DNA of 64,000 bases from Rhynchopus sp. YZ270_cl-10 (GCA_964035575.1 OZ037844.1:806001-870000), one strand, 5' to 3'. Numbered from the stretch's first letter, positions 1 through 13,298 are shown. Notes: generated by a model not told the origin, from the letters alone. Numbers and translations: made by a program.

Positions 1-1123
1 TAACATTGTACCAACTGAGGATTCAAAAAAAAAAAAGGAAAACAGCGTAACAGACAGATCGTTGGCTTTTTAAATATGTTCAGTTTTCAACAACACGTCG
101 TATATGCAGTGGGGAGGAGGGTGTGTGATCCGGGGTGGGGGAGAGGCGTATTCCAACCGCAAGGCAAGGCTGTGCTAAGGGAGAGGAAAAAGTTAGATCA
201 TATACTTTCAGTTCACAGAATTGAAAGTATATGAAAGAAAAAGGTGCAAATATATGGCATCTTATCACACCATCGTTCTATTCCAATATGCTGTCCCGTT
301 TAAAAATAACAACAAAATTGTCAAAGCCGGGGGAAAAAAAGGTGGAGGGGGTGAAATCACCTTCAAGTATTTGAGGGACTCATAAAAAACAAACAAACTG
401 TAGTTGTTTGATGCAGGCACACCTCCGACTGACCCACGTACGATGCCAGCCATCTGGATGAAAGCACAAACAAAAGGCGGTTCTTTCCCCCCCCCACCCT
501 CCCCGGAGCGAGGCTCCCACAGAATACATTGGTAAATTAATTTTCGTTCCATTTTTTCAATTTTTTTTTTCTGCACTTTTTTTTTAAACCACGAATCCTT
601 CTCTCTAAACAAAGCTACTCAAGGATGATGTGGTTGCCCCACCCCTCCCCTTTTCCCTGAGGGTGCAATTATGATTACCCTTTTATTTTTTGTTTTTGTT
701 GTATCGACAAACTACCCTACGAGCAAAAAAAAAAAACGGGCCAGATTTTTTGAAAACTTGGTTGTATTAGTGTAGACACCCGAGGATGAACTCCACTTTT
801 ATTCTTTCTTTTCTCCTTTTTCTTCGATAATCACTACAAATTGAGCATCTTCTTCTTTTCACCATATTTTTTTTTTTTGATATTTTCAATAGATCACTCA
901 CTCCAAGGACGGGTTTTCTCCGTACAACACAACGTCACATGACTAACGAATCTTAAAGGTAGATTCCCCATATTCCCTTCAGGGAAAACACATCTCTGTC
1001 CCTCCCCCTATCCCGGTGTTGGTTTAGTACAGCGCCCCAAAAGTTTAGTACAGGTTAAATACAAGTTTAGTACACCTGTTTTAAACACCTTTGGATTAAA
1101 CCTGCCAACACTGCCCGATCCCC

Positions 1124-4100
1124 TCATCTATCAGCATGCATGTCCCCGATGGGGGAGCCAGACCCAAGCTCGTGTGACAGCTCGGTTTCTTCGGGTGTGA
1201 AGTGCCGTCCTCTGTCAGCAGATGCAGTAGGTGACACTTCGAACTCTACACCGCCGTCGCTCAGATCCTCATCCATGACACCGTCACGTGAGAGCGTGTG
1301 GTACTGTAAGGGGTTTTTTTGCAGGGGGTTAAGATGGGTGGAAAAGAAGAATTCAGAAGGCCTTTTAAGGCGTAGTGTCCAAGAAGTTGGGGGGAAAAAG
1401 GTTGAGTTGAAATACAAAGCCCTCTCGTGAACAGTGTTGAACCGGGGGGAGGTGGACACCCAACCATGCAGGGCTACATCCATTTCGTGGTTTACTGAAA
1501 GGAAAGGGTTTGCTTCAAATACAAAAAAAACCTTCTCGTGGCACCCTTGGTGCACCCCCCCTCCATATGCAGTCCATGCATTTCTTATGATTTTGCATCG
1601 AAAAATACACATACGCATCTACAACCTTTTCAATGGTTATCTTATAAGAAAAATCATACCTGAGCGTTCATCAGACGATGTCTTGCGTATAGTCTGTAGA
1701 CAGTGAAGGAGCTGAGGAGGATGAGCCCCAGGGCAAAGAGGAGGACAGGGATAAGATAGGGAGAGTTCACAAAGGCTGTGGAGGTCGAGCAGGACCGTTC
1801 GAGGTCAGTCGAGGCATGGGAAGCGAGCCTCTCGACACAGTGCTGCGGGGCGTCCCCGAAGTTGAGGATACGCTGCTGCTTGCCTTCAATGCAATCGCTC
1901 CACGTCGACGACGCCTCACTGTAGCTATCACAGTCCATACACCCCGCAGGCCCTGCCGTCCGATACCCCTGCGTGCAGTCCGACCCTGTCGCATAAATTT
2001 CGATATCACTCTTCACACTAGAACACCCCACATCCACTACAACCCTTTGAGGTAAAAAGGGGTTAGCAACACACGGTTTTAAGGTGGTGAACACAAAGGA
2101 GAGGCCGTTCTCGGGGGCGGCGATTCCGTGGACCCCCCAGCCAAGCGCGACTTCATCCTCGCCGAGGACGTCAGTGGTGCACATGATTGCGCCGGATTGG
2201 CATTTCACGTCTCCACCGCAGCCAAAGGCAAATCGCATTCGAGAATATTCTGCGGAATGCGCATTGCTCACACGATGCTCCCCTTCGAGATGGCTGAGGT
2301 TATACTTCACCTCCTTTCCAGATGGCGAAAGGTGCACCATGCATGCCTCCTTTACCCCCACATCTGTCACTGTCTTTGGGATACACGAACTTCTCTCTGT
2401 GTTTGGCACAAAATTGTTTCCACAGAACCGACATTCCGCAGAAGGGTAGTACACTGCTACACTGTTTCCTGTACACGGCAGGCAAGCGTCATGAGGATCG
2501 GTACGTGTACGGTAGGTCCCTGGAGGGCAAAGTTGTGGTGTAGAGGTTGCGCAGAAGTACCCGGTAGGACAGCGTTGGCATCCTATCGCTAGGCCATCAG
2601 AGGCCCCATCTACGTCAAGGGAGCTTAGGACATACATTGCAGGTCCTCCTGAAAATGTCCACGCAGCGCTGTACCTCCCGACCAACAAAGGAAACGCAAA
2701 CCGTGTCGCGGCACCTACTTCACGGAAGTGCAGGGTCTCCGTCCGCACTGTCGCGAAGACACCAGCCCCAGCCCCGCTTTCCTCTTCGTCAGAGTCGGAT
2801 TCATCCTGCTCGAGGGTAAAGGTGATGCTAGCATTTCCTGCATTCTCCTTTGTTACATAGAATGTGATCATCCCTGGATGGTCCACCTCAAAGTCATATG
2901 TCAAACGGTTTGCTCCGGTTGTACTGTCGTTTGCCCCCACCGCAAAGACTGCCTTAGGTGTGTCGGAAGTATAACTCTGTAACCTCCACCCATTCCCATA
3001 AGCACAATCCGACAAACACATTGTAGTAAACGGCCCCAACCGGTCATGATGTTCTTGTTGAAGGTCTGCAAGGATTTGCGTCAAACTGTTAAACCCTGGA
3101 TACGTCGTCTGCTTCAAAAGCACCTCATTGTCTTTACACTTCGTGCACGCTGAGGAACCCTCCGCTGGCACTTCATTGTGCGGACACATAACGCACGTCG
3201 CTGTGGTGCCCTCTTTGATCCGATTCGCAGGCGACAGATTGATACAGAACGCTGGACTCTCAGGTCCGCATGGGAGCTCTGTTGTGGGGGGTGCTGTGCC
3301 CCCTACGCACTGTGTTGCATATGTCACGTTCAGGGTATGGGTCTCTTCACTGCATGCGGAGAGAACCGGGAGGAAGTCCTGCGTCGCACAGCTCTTCATC
3401 GCTACACACGAAGACGAACCCTGTGGAGACGTAGAACCTCCAAGACATTCCGAACAGCTGCTGGACCCTGCGTGGGAGAAGGTCCCAGGAGGGCAGACCT
3501 CGCACGAGTCGCTGTACTCAGAGGATTTGTATCCAGCAGGGCACGGTCTGCACCCATTCGAGGAGTACTTTGTCCCCTCCAGAATGATTTCCTTGATCGC
3601 AATCTTCCTGCGGTTCCGGTCCTTCGCCTGCGGTGTCTCCAGCACCATCTGGATAAACGCCATCTCATCCCTTTGCTCCTCCTTTCCAACCATCCCACTC
3701 ACCGAAGGCACATCCGAATCCGGGAAATCCTGCGAAAAGGTACGTTTATATACTTCCGCCAACGTTCGGAAATCTTCTAGCGTGATAGAAACGACAGGAA
3801 TCGTGAGGTTCGTGGATATCCCTTTCATGCGAAGATGACCCCCTTCTTTGTAGTCATATATGATGACCGCTGCGGCACCGTGAGACTGTGCATTGAGCGC
3901 CTTTTGTGTAAAGAAGCATCCGTGGCGGGGGATGAGCACCACTTTCCCGGACACTGCGTCGGTGATATTGTCAGGATCGCATCCGTCATTGTTGAGGTGG
4001 AAAAGCGTCTGCGGAGTAGCATCTGCAACAAGCGAGTTGGGAAAGTGTATATCCTCCGTATAAGGCTTGAAGTTGTTCCGTGTAACGCAGATGTCCACTA

Positions 4101-5370
4101 ATTGCTTCTCTGCATCACGCATCGAAAGATGCCATACACACTCTGTTCTGATAGGCAAAACGATTTCCTTCCAGGGCTGCACGCTCCCCTTTCGCACTGC
4201 AAACACAACCTTATCGTTGATTTGAACATAGAATGTTGCCTCTTCTTCCAACTCCATTTTATAGACAAATCGCAAATAGGCGGGCTGCGTCTTAACCACT
4301 GCACGGATATTCAAAAAAGTGATAGTATGTCTGTTAGGAGGCTGGTCACCTGAGAAGATAACACCGTCGTCGATCGCCCATTTCGCACATTCCGTTACAT
4401 TAACCGTGACAGGCTCCGCGTAACACCGGGTATGAAAATTTTCCGGCCACAGTTCCGGCATGTCGGAGATAAATGTGTTATAGATATCACCTCGTACAGA
4501 ATGTTGTCCCGGAGGACAAAATGCGCAATCCTGCATCGGGGCCGCCATAAACGTCCCACTGAGACACTCTGTGTTGCACGGCATCGTTTTGGCTGGAGGT
4601 AAATGCCAGCGAAACGCCACTGCGTCGGTCCTCCCAAACTCTACACGGTTTTCCCCTCTCAGATCCCCTGCTTCATCTACGACCTCTGCAAAGGGGCGGA
4701 GGTTCCATGATACAATCTCTTGCCCAATATGACGGCCAAAGTACGGCAACAACCGTCTTCCCACTGCTCTGACAACCGGTGCATCGGTTTCGTCTTCAAG
4801 GAGGATAAGGTACTCATTGTCCGCGGTATATCTCGCAATGTTTCGTGTCACCTCAATTTTGATTCCTTCTGGAATCATATCAAAGGTGATATCCCCGATT
4901 TCTCCTTCTCTGCATGGGTTAAGCCAATATGCGATGGCACGTTGGGTGTTAGTTTTTGAATCGCACGATGTATACTCAAATCCGATATCATCAGGGGTGC
5001 ATCCTGGGATTGTTGCACCATGTGGCAAGCGTTTGGCGTGATCTTGGGTGAATCCGGAGGTGGGATCACAGATTCCTTCTTCAGAGAGGGTATAGGTCGT
5101 AAGAAAGGTTCGATCCTCGCTCGCAAAGACGGGAACATAGTCTGCTAAGGTACAGTCGCAGCTTGCGTACCCATCCTCCACAAGCTCCTCCCCGAGACAC
5201 CGTCCCACCTCTACTCGCGGCTCCTTCACCCACGTCACCTTCCGCTTCCCCCCGTCGCATGGTGCAAGCTCCCTTCTATAGTCCTGTGAAGTGCATGCCG
5301 TCTTCGAAGAAGACAAAGCAACAAACATCTCAGTGCATAGGAGCACACCGAGAATGGGTTTTAGGTGCAT
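1124..5370 (-). CDS. ELAPOR/KIAA1324 (UPF0577)-like type I membrane protein with Cys-rich repeats, inserted PA domain and MRH-like region. Two exons (5370-1660, 1303-1124), about 1296 aa.
   Basis: Signal peptide, repeated C-T-x-x-D-[YF] and C-x-x-C-P-x-G motifs, PA motif GKVVLIPRHGCFFTQKALNAQSHGAAAVIIYD and a C-terminal TM helix. The ORF ends CAG|GTATGA. A GT-AG intron at 1659-1304 joins in phase 0 to an acidic tail starting YHTL (YxxL sorting motif). Confidence 0.8.
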
Positions 5371-7290
5371 CGTGTGGGGGAGGGGGGAGAGAGGAGGAGG
5401 AAGGGAGAGGGGAGGAAGGGAGGGAGGGGGGAAACTGTGTAAAAGGGAGAGGGGTAGTGGGGGGGTCTGTTGAGGGTGTTGAGAGAGTGAGGGGGGGTTT
5501 TTTTTGTGACAGAAAGTAACAGCAATGTATGTAGAAGAGCTGAATCGTGAGTTTGAGGTGGGTCAACAAACACTATTCCAACAATTCTTCAAAATGCTCG
5601 AGAGACTCGTTCCTCTTTGCTTAGTTTGCTCAAAAGACTATAAACAGGGGGGGAAAAAAATAAAGGTTGTTTGTTGTTCGCTTCCACCTGAGTAAAAGGA
5701 ACGGTTTTTTTTTCCGTTGATTGCTCAATTACCCTGTTGGAGGGGGGGGGGTAATTAGCGACCGTATCTGAGGAACCATTTCTCCTTTAAGCTACGCTTT
5801 GTAGGTATTAAAACAAAATCAAAACTGTTGTGTGGAACGTCAAGGGCAAATGGAGGGCGGGGGGGGTGTGTTTCTTTAAGTCGGTTGTGTGGGAGAAAGT
5901 TTGGGATGAAGCAGGGGGGCGATCCCGGAATAAAAAGAACAAGGGTTGGTAAGATGAACCTAGACCTCCTCTACAGCATCCCTTCAAACAAAAAAAAACA
6001 AAACAAAAAAAAATGAAGTTGAAAGTGCAAACGCCTCACCGTTCATCAGCGGGCGCAGGTACTGGCTGGAAAAAAAAATATATGAAAAATGAATGTACAT
6101 TCAGTAGGGGTACATACATCTCTTGGAGAGAGAGGGAAAAAAGACAAAAAAAAAAAAAATGTAGTTATTGACGCAGACATCACCGACCGATCTGTTGTGA
6201 GATGCCAACAGCAACTGGGGGGACTGCGATAACACGTCCAAAACAGTATACGTGTTATCGCGAACAAAAACGTACACATTTTCTTCTGATGAGATGCTTC
6301 CTCTCCGTACCTTGGACTCTCGAAAAAAATCCCCTAAAAAAGGGCTAATTTCGACGATTTGAGGTGTTATCGCAATTTACCCCCCAAAAAAACAAAATCA
6401 AAAAGTATTTTCATCATATGCAATCAATAAATTGATAGTATATGATAAAAACAAAAAACAAAAACAAAACTGGGGAAAAAACATGAACAAAACGTAAACA
6501 AAGAACAAATCGAGGCAAGAAACGGGGCAAAAAAAAAAAAAACTTTTGAAAGATGAAGGTGACTCACTGTGAATACACATCGAAAAAAATCCATAAAAGT
6601 TAGTAAAAATGATGTGAAACCTCTCGTGTTTAGCCACCTTGTTCTTGAATTGAAACACTTTGAAAGAAAAAAGAGAATTGCAAACACCTTGCCGGACATC
6701 GGCGGACTCAAGACTCAGGGCACTAAAGACATAGAAGGAACGGAGTGCACACGACCCCTCTTCTTCAGTTTAAAAAAAAGATCACACCTTGTGGGGAGGG
6801 GCGTTTTTTTTGTTGTATGAAACATGTTTCTTTTTTCAAAGCTAGAAATCTACAGTCTTTCCATTGGTACCACCCCTCCCACCCCTCCCACCCCCCCTCC
6901 AACGTGCTCCTCTAGACCTTTGACTACACTATGCAGGGGGAGAGCTTGAAAACGAATTTATTCACAACACGCCAAAAACATATCTCATCTTGGGTGTTGC
7001 GGGCCTGCAGACACGATGCCTTACTTCACCCTGGGTGACTCTACAGGGGTGAAGGCAGGTTGTTGTGTGTGGATAGAGTAGTCATGGCACAGTTCGTAAC
7101 ACGATGTATTGTATCACCTATCTCGGATAGGGGTGCATGCATCGAAAACGGGCCCCCACACATGGCTCAGTTCGTAAACGCGCACGTGACATCCAATACC
7201 ATCGCATTGGGTAGAGCGACCTGCCGTATGCATCAGATGACTTACGTAGTGGGGGGGATCTACGCGGACAGTGTAGAGGGGGTGGGGGTG

Positions 7291-10006
7291 TAAGAACCCC
7301 CCTGTCCTCTACGATTTTTGAAAAAGGACGAAAAAGACGAAAAAGGACGAAAAAGGACGAAAAAGGACGAAAAAGGACACTGTTAATGGTATACAGTAAC
7401 TAAGTTACCTCTCGCGCTCCTGGTACAAAAAAGCGTCTCACAACCCACTGATAGTTGACGCCTGTGTTTTCAAATTGATAAAAAAGTAAAAAAAAACACT
7501 TTTCAGTTTCTTGTTTTTGGCAATATATATTCCCTCTGATACCCCTTGCCCTAACCCTCGTGATAAACCCCCAACCCTTGTTTTATTTTTTTGCCTGCGC
7601 AAGCTTCGCTTTCTTTGCCGCCCTCTTCGTTGTCGTGCATATTGCCGTGACCTTGTGGAGTCTCTGCAAATCCATATTTTCCCTTCCTTCTGATTGCCAC
7701 CCCATCGTGCTGAACACCCGTTCCTGGACTGCTGTATGCGGGACAATGGAGCACAACTTTTTCGCTCGTGGTGGAAGAAGAAGATTAGGGTAGAGTTTCG
7801 ACGCAATTCCCCAAAACACTTCAGGTGCGGATTTCTCGTGACACCAAAGCATCTTCGAGTGGTACGGAGCCTCTCTTGAGAGGAAACACGAAATCTCCCT
7901 CAGAAGTTCTAGCTCAGCCTCCTCGTTGTCAGCCCACAGCTCCACTGCTTTTTCTGCCTGATCCATGAGGCTCTTTGGATCGAACGTCTCAAGGTACCTT
8001 CCCAAAACCCCACGAGGGACTTTGCCTTCTGCGTCAGGAATGTAGCACGTAGGGGACAAGATGGTGGCAAGAACACAGTGGCTGGTATCGACGTAGTACT
8101 TCTCTCGTTCATCCCTCGCCTTCTTGCACTTCTTGTGTCCAGGAACTTCCCCGTCAGGTGTAGTGCAGGCATTAAACACCTGCTTCAAAGCCCAGAACAT
8201 CGGGAGAATGTGGCCAATGCGAGCAGAGTCTTGTTCCATGTACCTGATGGCTTCTGTCGTCGAGCACACTAACTTCCGCACAAACATGAACTTCTCCCAA
8301 AAAGCGAGATCTCCGAACTTCTGCAGGGCGGGCATCTGGTTGTGGATGCTGGTTTCATTTTCGTCGTTCATGAGCGTCCGCATGGTGTTGAAGTTGTTGT
8401 TGATCCAATCCCAGGAGTCCCCAATCGTCAGCCAACGAGTATTGTTCCCAACGGGCGACACTTTCTCCACCATAGCCGATGCCGCTTGGATTGCATACAC
8501 AGCCTTCCTGATGTTCTCCGTGTTCTTTACCGCAGACACGATCTGGTTGCTCCACACGAAGTACGCGTTATACACGTTAGGTGTATCCTTCTTTGATACA
8601 GTGCGGGTTCCGATAATATCATTCAGCAGCCTGTTTAAAGCATGGCACACGCACACCAAGATGAGGATTGTCGGGTAAACGTCCTTCAGGTCTTTGGCAC
8701 CCTTCAAAATTGCCGACCCCGCGTCGACCAAAACGGCTGTCAGGTACTGCCCGATGCCCGTCTCCGAGATGATCTGCTTCAGCGCGGTGCAGTACTCCTC
8801 CCCGTCATGCGATCGTTGGGTCAGCGTGTGGCTCGCCAGCAGCTGTGGCTCAGGAGAACAGATGGACACGCTGAGGAGGTGCTGTTTCTTCAGCTTGGAT
8901 TCCCAAGCGTCGGCGTGCAGGGAGATCCCGGTACCGTTGTCCCGGGCAGCGTGCTTGATGCGAGTAATCTCATCAAGCACAATCTCCTCGTACGCCGCAT
9001 CCAGCAGCGGCCCACGAATGGCGTCCTCGTCTACCACCCTCCTCAGCGTGGGGCGAGTCGCCCGCATGGCCGCCTTAAACTCGGGGGAGGAGGCAAAACT
9101 GAAGGGGATACCTCCACAGTAGTAGGCCTTGGCCCAAGCTGAATCAATCAGCTTGTTCTCGGCCTCCGACACCCTGTCCACCACTCCAAGCAAAGATTGC
9201 TTGGGGTGGGCAGACCGAGTGTGTGCCTTGGGCACAGGCTTCGCCTTAGTAGATGTTGGGGCTGGGGCTGCTGGGGCTGGGGCTGAGGCTGCTGCTGAGG
9301 CTGCTGAGACTGCTGCTGGGGCTGCTGAGGCTGCTGCTGGAGCTACTGGGGCTGCTGCTGGGGCTGCTGAGGCTGCTGCTGGAGCTACTGGGGCTGCTGC
9401 TGGGGCTGCTGAGGCTGCTGCTGGGGCTGGGGCTGCTGCTGCTGGGGCTGAAACAATGGTGCAATCTGCATCTGCATCTGCTTCTGCATCTTCATCATCT
9501 TCTTCATCGACATCTTCAGCATCTTCCATCCGGCTGCGCTTCCTCTTCTTAGCCAATTCAGCCTGTAGAATATGTGTGTGAATATTTTCGAGTAAATTTA
9601 TTTTCAAACCTTGGCTTTGTTCTTGTAAACCTCCTCCGCATCTTTGCAGGACACAATGTGCTGCTTCCTCCTCTCCGCGTTCGACGCCTGGGCCATTGTC
9701 CCCTGGCATGCGTTGCACGTCAAAAACCTTCCGGTTTTTGAAAACAGCTCCCAAGTCCAGCATTTAGCTCTTGGCATGATTTGTTTTTTTTTCTTGTGTT
9801 TTTCTGTTGTTGGAGGACTTGAAATCAAGATTTTTTTTTTGGGGGGGGGATTTTTTTGGGTGAACAGTGTTTTTCCTGGTAATTTTTCTGTACTGTACTT
9901 CCTGTATTGTCCTTTTTCGTCCTTTTTCGTCCTTTTTCCCAGATCGAAAAAGGACGAAAAAGACGAAAAAGACGTAGAGGACGAAAAAGGACAAGGGGTA
10001 TTCTTA
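7291..10006 (-). mobile_element. Full-length autonomous hAT DNA transposon (2716 bp)
   Basis: Imperfect TIRs TAAGAACCCCCCTGTCC / TAAGAATACCCCTTGTCC. Perfect 8-bp TSD TGGGGGTG at 7283-7290 and 10007-10014. Subterminal (G)GACGAAAAA arrays at both ends. Encodes a transposase. Confidence 0.95.
7583..9777 (-). CDS. hAT transposase (BED zinc finger, DDE core, hATC dimerisation domain). Exons 9777-9610 and 9562-7583, about 715 aa.
   Basis: Exon 1 MPRAKCWTWELF..CNAC..HIVSC is a BED finger. A 47-nt GT-AG intron (9609-9563) joins it in frame. Core motifs LHADAW, VLVDAG, CVCH, TRW and QERVFS are present, with an Ala/Pro repeat linker. Confidence 0.92.
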
Positions 10007-10027
10007 TGGGGGTGTGGGTGTGGGGCA

Positions 10028-10388
10028 CACCACGACCTAGTTACCACCCATGACTAGTTACATGACAAGACTAAAAAATGACAAGACCCCCCCCTGTCAA
10101 ATGACAAGACCCCCCCTTGTCATTTGACAAGACCCCCCTTGTCAAATGACAAGACCCCCCCTGTCATTTGACAAGACCCCCCCTGTCAAATGACAAGACT
10201 TCCCCCTTGTCAAATAACAAGGCTCCTGTGTAAAATACGTGGCGTTTGGCCCTGTCATTTGACAGGGGGGGTCTTGTCAAATGACAAGGGGGGGTCTTGT
10301 CATTTGACAGGGGGGGGTCTTGTCATTTTTTAGTCTTGTCATGTAACTAGTCATACCCCCTTGTCATTGCCCATACTAGGTCGTGGTG
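10028..10388. mobile_element. Foldback MITE with TIR CACCACGACCTAGT (possibly CMC/CACTA-like)
   Basis: 14-bp outer inverted repeat flanked by CA on both sides. Long inner palindromic arms (about 10050-10145 and 10255-10354) built of TGACAAGAC/TGTCA units. Confidence 0.75.
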
Positions 10389-10660
10389 CAGCATTATACT
10401 ACCTGGCTTCTGAAGGGTGTCTTCCCTTGGGGATAACCGCGAAGTGCAATGCAGACTAGAAGTCATTTACAGGCAGCACATCTCACCCCCCTGGATGTGC
10501 AATAAGCTGGCCTGACTCCAGAAAAAGTTTTTCGAAGAAAAAAGTGAAGTTATTAATGCACCTCCTGCTGACCCACGATGCCAGCTGGATGAAAGCACAA
10601 GAAAAACAAAAAAGAAGAAACTACACTAGATGAGAAAATCGAAGATGCAAAAAAAATAAA

Positions 10661-11900
10661 ATGGGGTGTTCCGGGGTGTGGAATTTTGGGCACGTTCACA
10701 AGTTTTCACAAGTTTTCACAACATAGTATTTGCCATTTTTATGTGAAGAGTTGTGAAAAGTTGTGAAGAGTTGTGAATTGAAATGAAAATTTGGATGAAA
10801 AAAACACAGATGTTGTGAAGAGTTGTGAACAGTTGTGAAGAGTTGTGAATTGGATTAAAAAAAGGGGGGCTTTTTTTCCAGGGTTTTTTGCAGGACTGGT
10901 CAGGTCAAGTGTGCTGTGCACAGGGCTAGCTAGCGTGGGTCCGTGGGTCAAGTTGGCCGTACCACCCCACCCCCTGTGCGAGGAGGACGACGGAAGTCCG
11001 CGGCTAGTTCGCTTGTTGTCTTTTTTTTTCAACATGTTCGCAACTCATAAAAAAGTAGCGTACCGTGCGCCTGCGGCGCAGCTAAAAATTCCGAGTGGTA
11101 GCCCGCAGGTCTACCCGAAATGTTGCGCACTTTGGCTTCGCCAGAAAAGTTTTGGTGCTATTTTTGCCAGGGGGTGACCTGTTTTGCTTGCTCTGAGCTG
11201 GGGTCTAAACGGGAGACTATACTAGATACGACGACACCCACTTCGAAAAGTGGGTGATCCCTTGCTGCTGTCCCCAGTTTTTTGTCAGAGGGGAAAGAAG
11301 GTTTCAACGCTCCCAAGGCCCACCCACAAGACCTGTCAACTCCCTTGGGTCGAGAGCCTCCAGGGCCCTCCTCATAGTTTCGAGAGCTTGACGAGTGCTC
11401 CTCGTTTAGTGTTGAAGCCAAACCGGATTTTGGGGACAATTTTATCCGAAAATGGCCCCGCCTATTAATGACCGGGCTCATATTTTCCAAAAATTTAAGT
11501 GGTCATAAAATTGTCCAATTTTCAACATTGACCCCACCACTGCACGGGCGGATCCCAAAAATGCAAACCGATTAAAAAGTTGAAAAAAACACCTAAAAAC
11601 ACGTGGCCCGAAAGGGCCCAAATTGTCGGGTCAGCCACACCGTTTTAAGCACTTTTTGCACACAGAACCGCCTGTGTTGCCAAACAACGTCCGCCAAGGT
11701 GCCCTGTACCTACCTGGGTAGGTGGGTGCCCAGGCACCACCCAGACCTCGCCACGTCACAACTGTTCACAACTTTTCACAACTTTTCACAACTTTTCACA
11801 ACTCTTCACACGCACTTTTTTGTGAAGAGTTGTGAAAAGTTGTGAAGAGTTGTGAATTGAAATGAAAATTCCCAAAATTCCATACCCCGGAACACCCCAT
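10661..11900. mobile_element. Non-autonomous TIR element, Mutator/MULE-like
   Basis: 30-bp TIR ATGGGGTGTTCCGGGGT(G/A)TGGAATTTTGGG with 1 mismatch. 9-bp flanking duplication AAAAATAAA (low complexity). Subterminal TTGTGAA(A/G)AG arrays. Confidence 0.75.
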
Positions 11901-12506
11901 AAAAATAAAATTCAAAAAAAAAAAAAAAATCATATTGAGATGAAACACAGCAACTCTTTTGAGAAAAAAGCTGCCTTGAAAAAAATGAGAAAAGTCGGTA
12001 AGATGAGCCTACGCCCCTCCGCCCTCTTTGTGCTCAGCCACCAAACAAAAACGCAAAAAAAAACAGACTAATACCAGATAAAGGACGAAACGAAATGTGT
12101 TAACCAAAAAAGAGAGAAGCTGAAAGTGCAAACGCATCACCGTTCATCGGGCGGACGCAGACACTGGAAAAAAAAAATACTCTCCTTCTTTCCCCCTACC
12201 CCTCCCCCTCCCCTCTCCTGCGACGCAATCATGGATTTTTTTTTTATTTTTTTAGGTCCGCTTTTTGGACCATCTATGATCGTCTCCGTGAGACACGCAA
12301 CAATCTGTGAGAGCTTCGTGAGAGCCTGTGAGCACCCTACCGAGAGTTAAATGAAAAAAAAAATCTCTCCACACCCCACAGTATGTCAACCTCTTGAAAC
12401 AAAAGTTTCACTTGTCGTTCCCTCACCCACCCTCCTTCGTTGATGCGTTGACGCCCTTCCACTACTTTCCGCTCACAAAAGCGAATAAAAACACCCCCAA
12501 AAAAAA

Positions 12507-13298
12507 TCACGACGAACCTTCTGATGAGAGGCCCATTCTCTCTTGTTCTGAATCAAAAATTCTGTGGACCGCGTCGCCCGCCGTTTCATGCGACACTTGC
12601 TCTTCACTGAATGTATAAAACGAGTCTTCCAACGAAGACAGCTGCTTCCTACAGAGGGGGCACGTGGGCGACGGCTGCTCTGACCACGACATGATACATT
12701 GCGCACAGAAGGCATGCCCACAGGTTAGCACCAGGTCTACAGAGGACTCAATGCATACACAACAGGTTTTGTCGTGCTCATCGTGTACGCGAATTGGGGC
12801 CTCTTTTGCCTTGGCGTATGTCGCTCGGAGTAGTGCAAGAACCTCGTAGAACGCTGCACCACCGATCTGTTTGACCCCGTCACCACAGTGCACACCGATG
12901 CGGGTGTGTGCGAGGCGGCGCTCTGCGGTGCGACGCATTGAGAGGATGTGTTTTGCGGTGTGTGGTGGTGTTCGTCGAAAGGGGAAGGCAATACGACGCA
13001 CCTTGGGGTACGCTTCGACGAAGAAGACCAGAGGTTCGCCTCCCATGTCGGCAAGGCATCGTGCCAGCCTCGTAGCCTCAGACACATCCGCCTCTACCGC
13101 TGCCAGCGTGGCGTGGCATGGGGTGTGCCGTCCTACGCCCGCCCCCGACACCCACCGTACCACCTGTGACAGAATCCCAGCAGGACCCAAAAAGCTTCGC
13201 CCCGCAGCCTGTTCCGTACAATAAGGGAAATAGTCCAAAGAAGGCACGTCCTGCACAGACCCGCCCAAGTCTACAAAGTCGTTTGACGAATCTGCCAT
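12507..13298 (-). CDS. C3HC4 RING finger E3 ligase, RNF141/AIRP2-like (263 aa)
   Basis: CCVC..LTCGHAFCAQCIMSW..TCPLCR motif. Start MADSS follows a polypyrimidine tract. The longer ORF upstream runs into a transposon. Confidence 0.85.
   Translation of the reverse strand: MADSSNDFVDLGGSVQDVPSLDYFPYCTEQAAGRSFLGPAGILSQVVRWVSGAGVGRHTPCHATLAAVEADVSEATRLARCLADMGGEPLVFFVEAYPKVRRIAFPFRRTPPHTAKHILSMRRTAERRLAHTRIGVHCGDGVKQIGGAAFYEVLALLRATYAKAKEAPIRVHDEHDKTCCVCIESSVDLVLTCGHAFCAQCIMSWSEQPSPTCPLCRKQLSSLEDSFYTFSEEQVSHETAGDAVHRIFDSEQERMGLSSEGSS

Noticed and set aside
9563..9763. ORF-track N-terminus of the transposase (MLDLGAVF...) or a frameshifted pseudogene
   Set aside because: A 47-nt GT-AG intron gives an in-frame BED finger instead.
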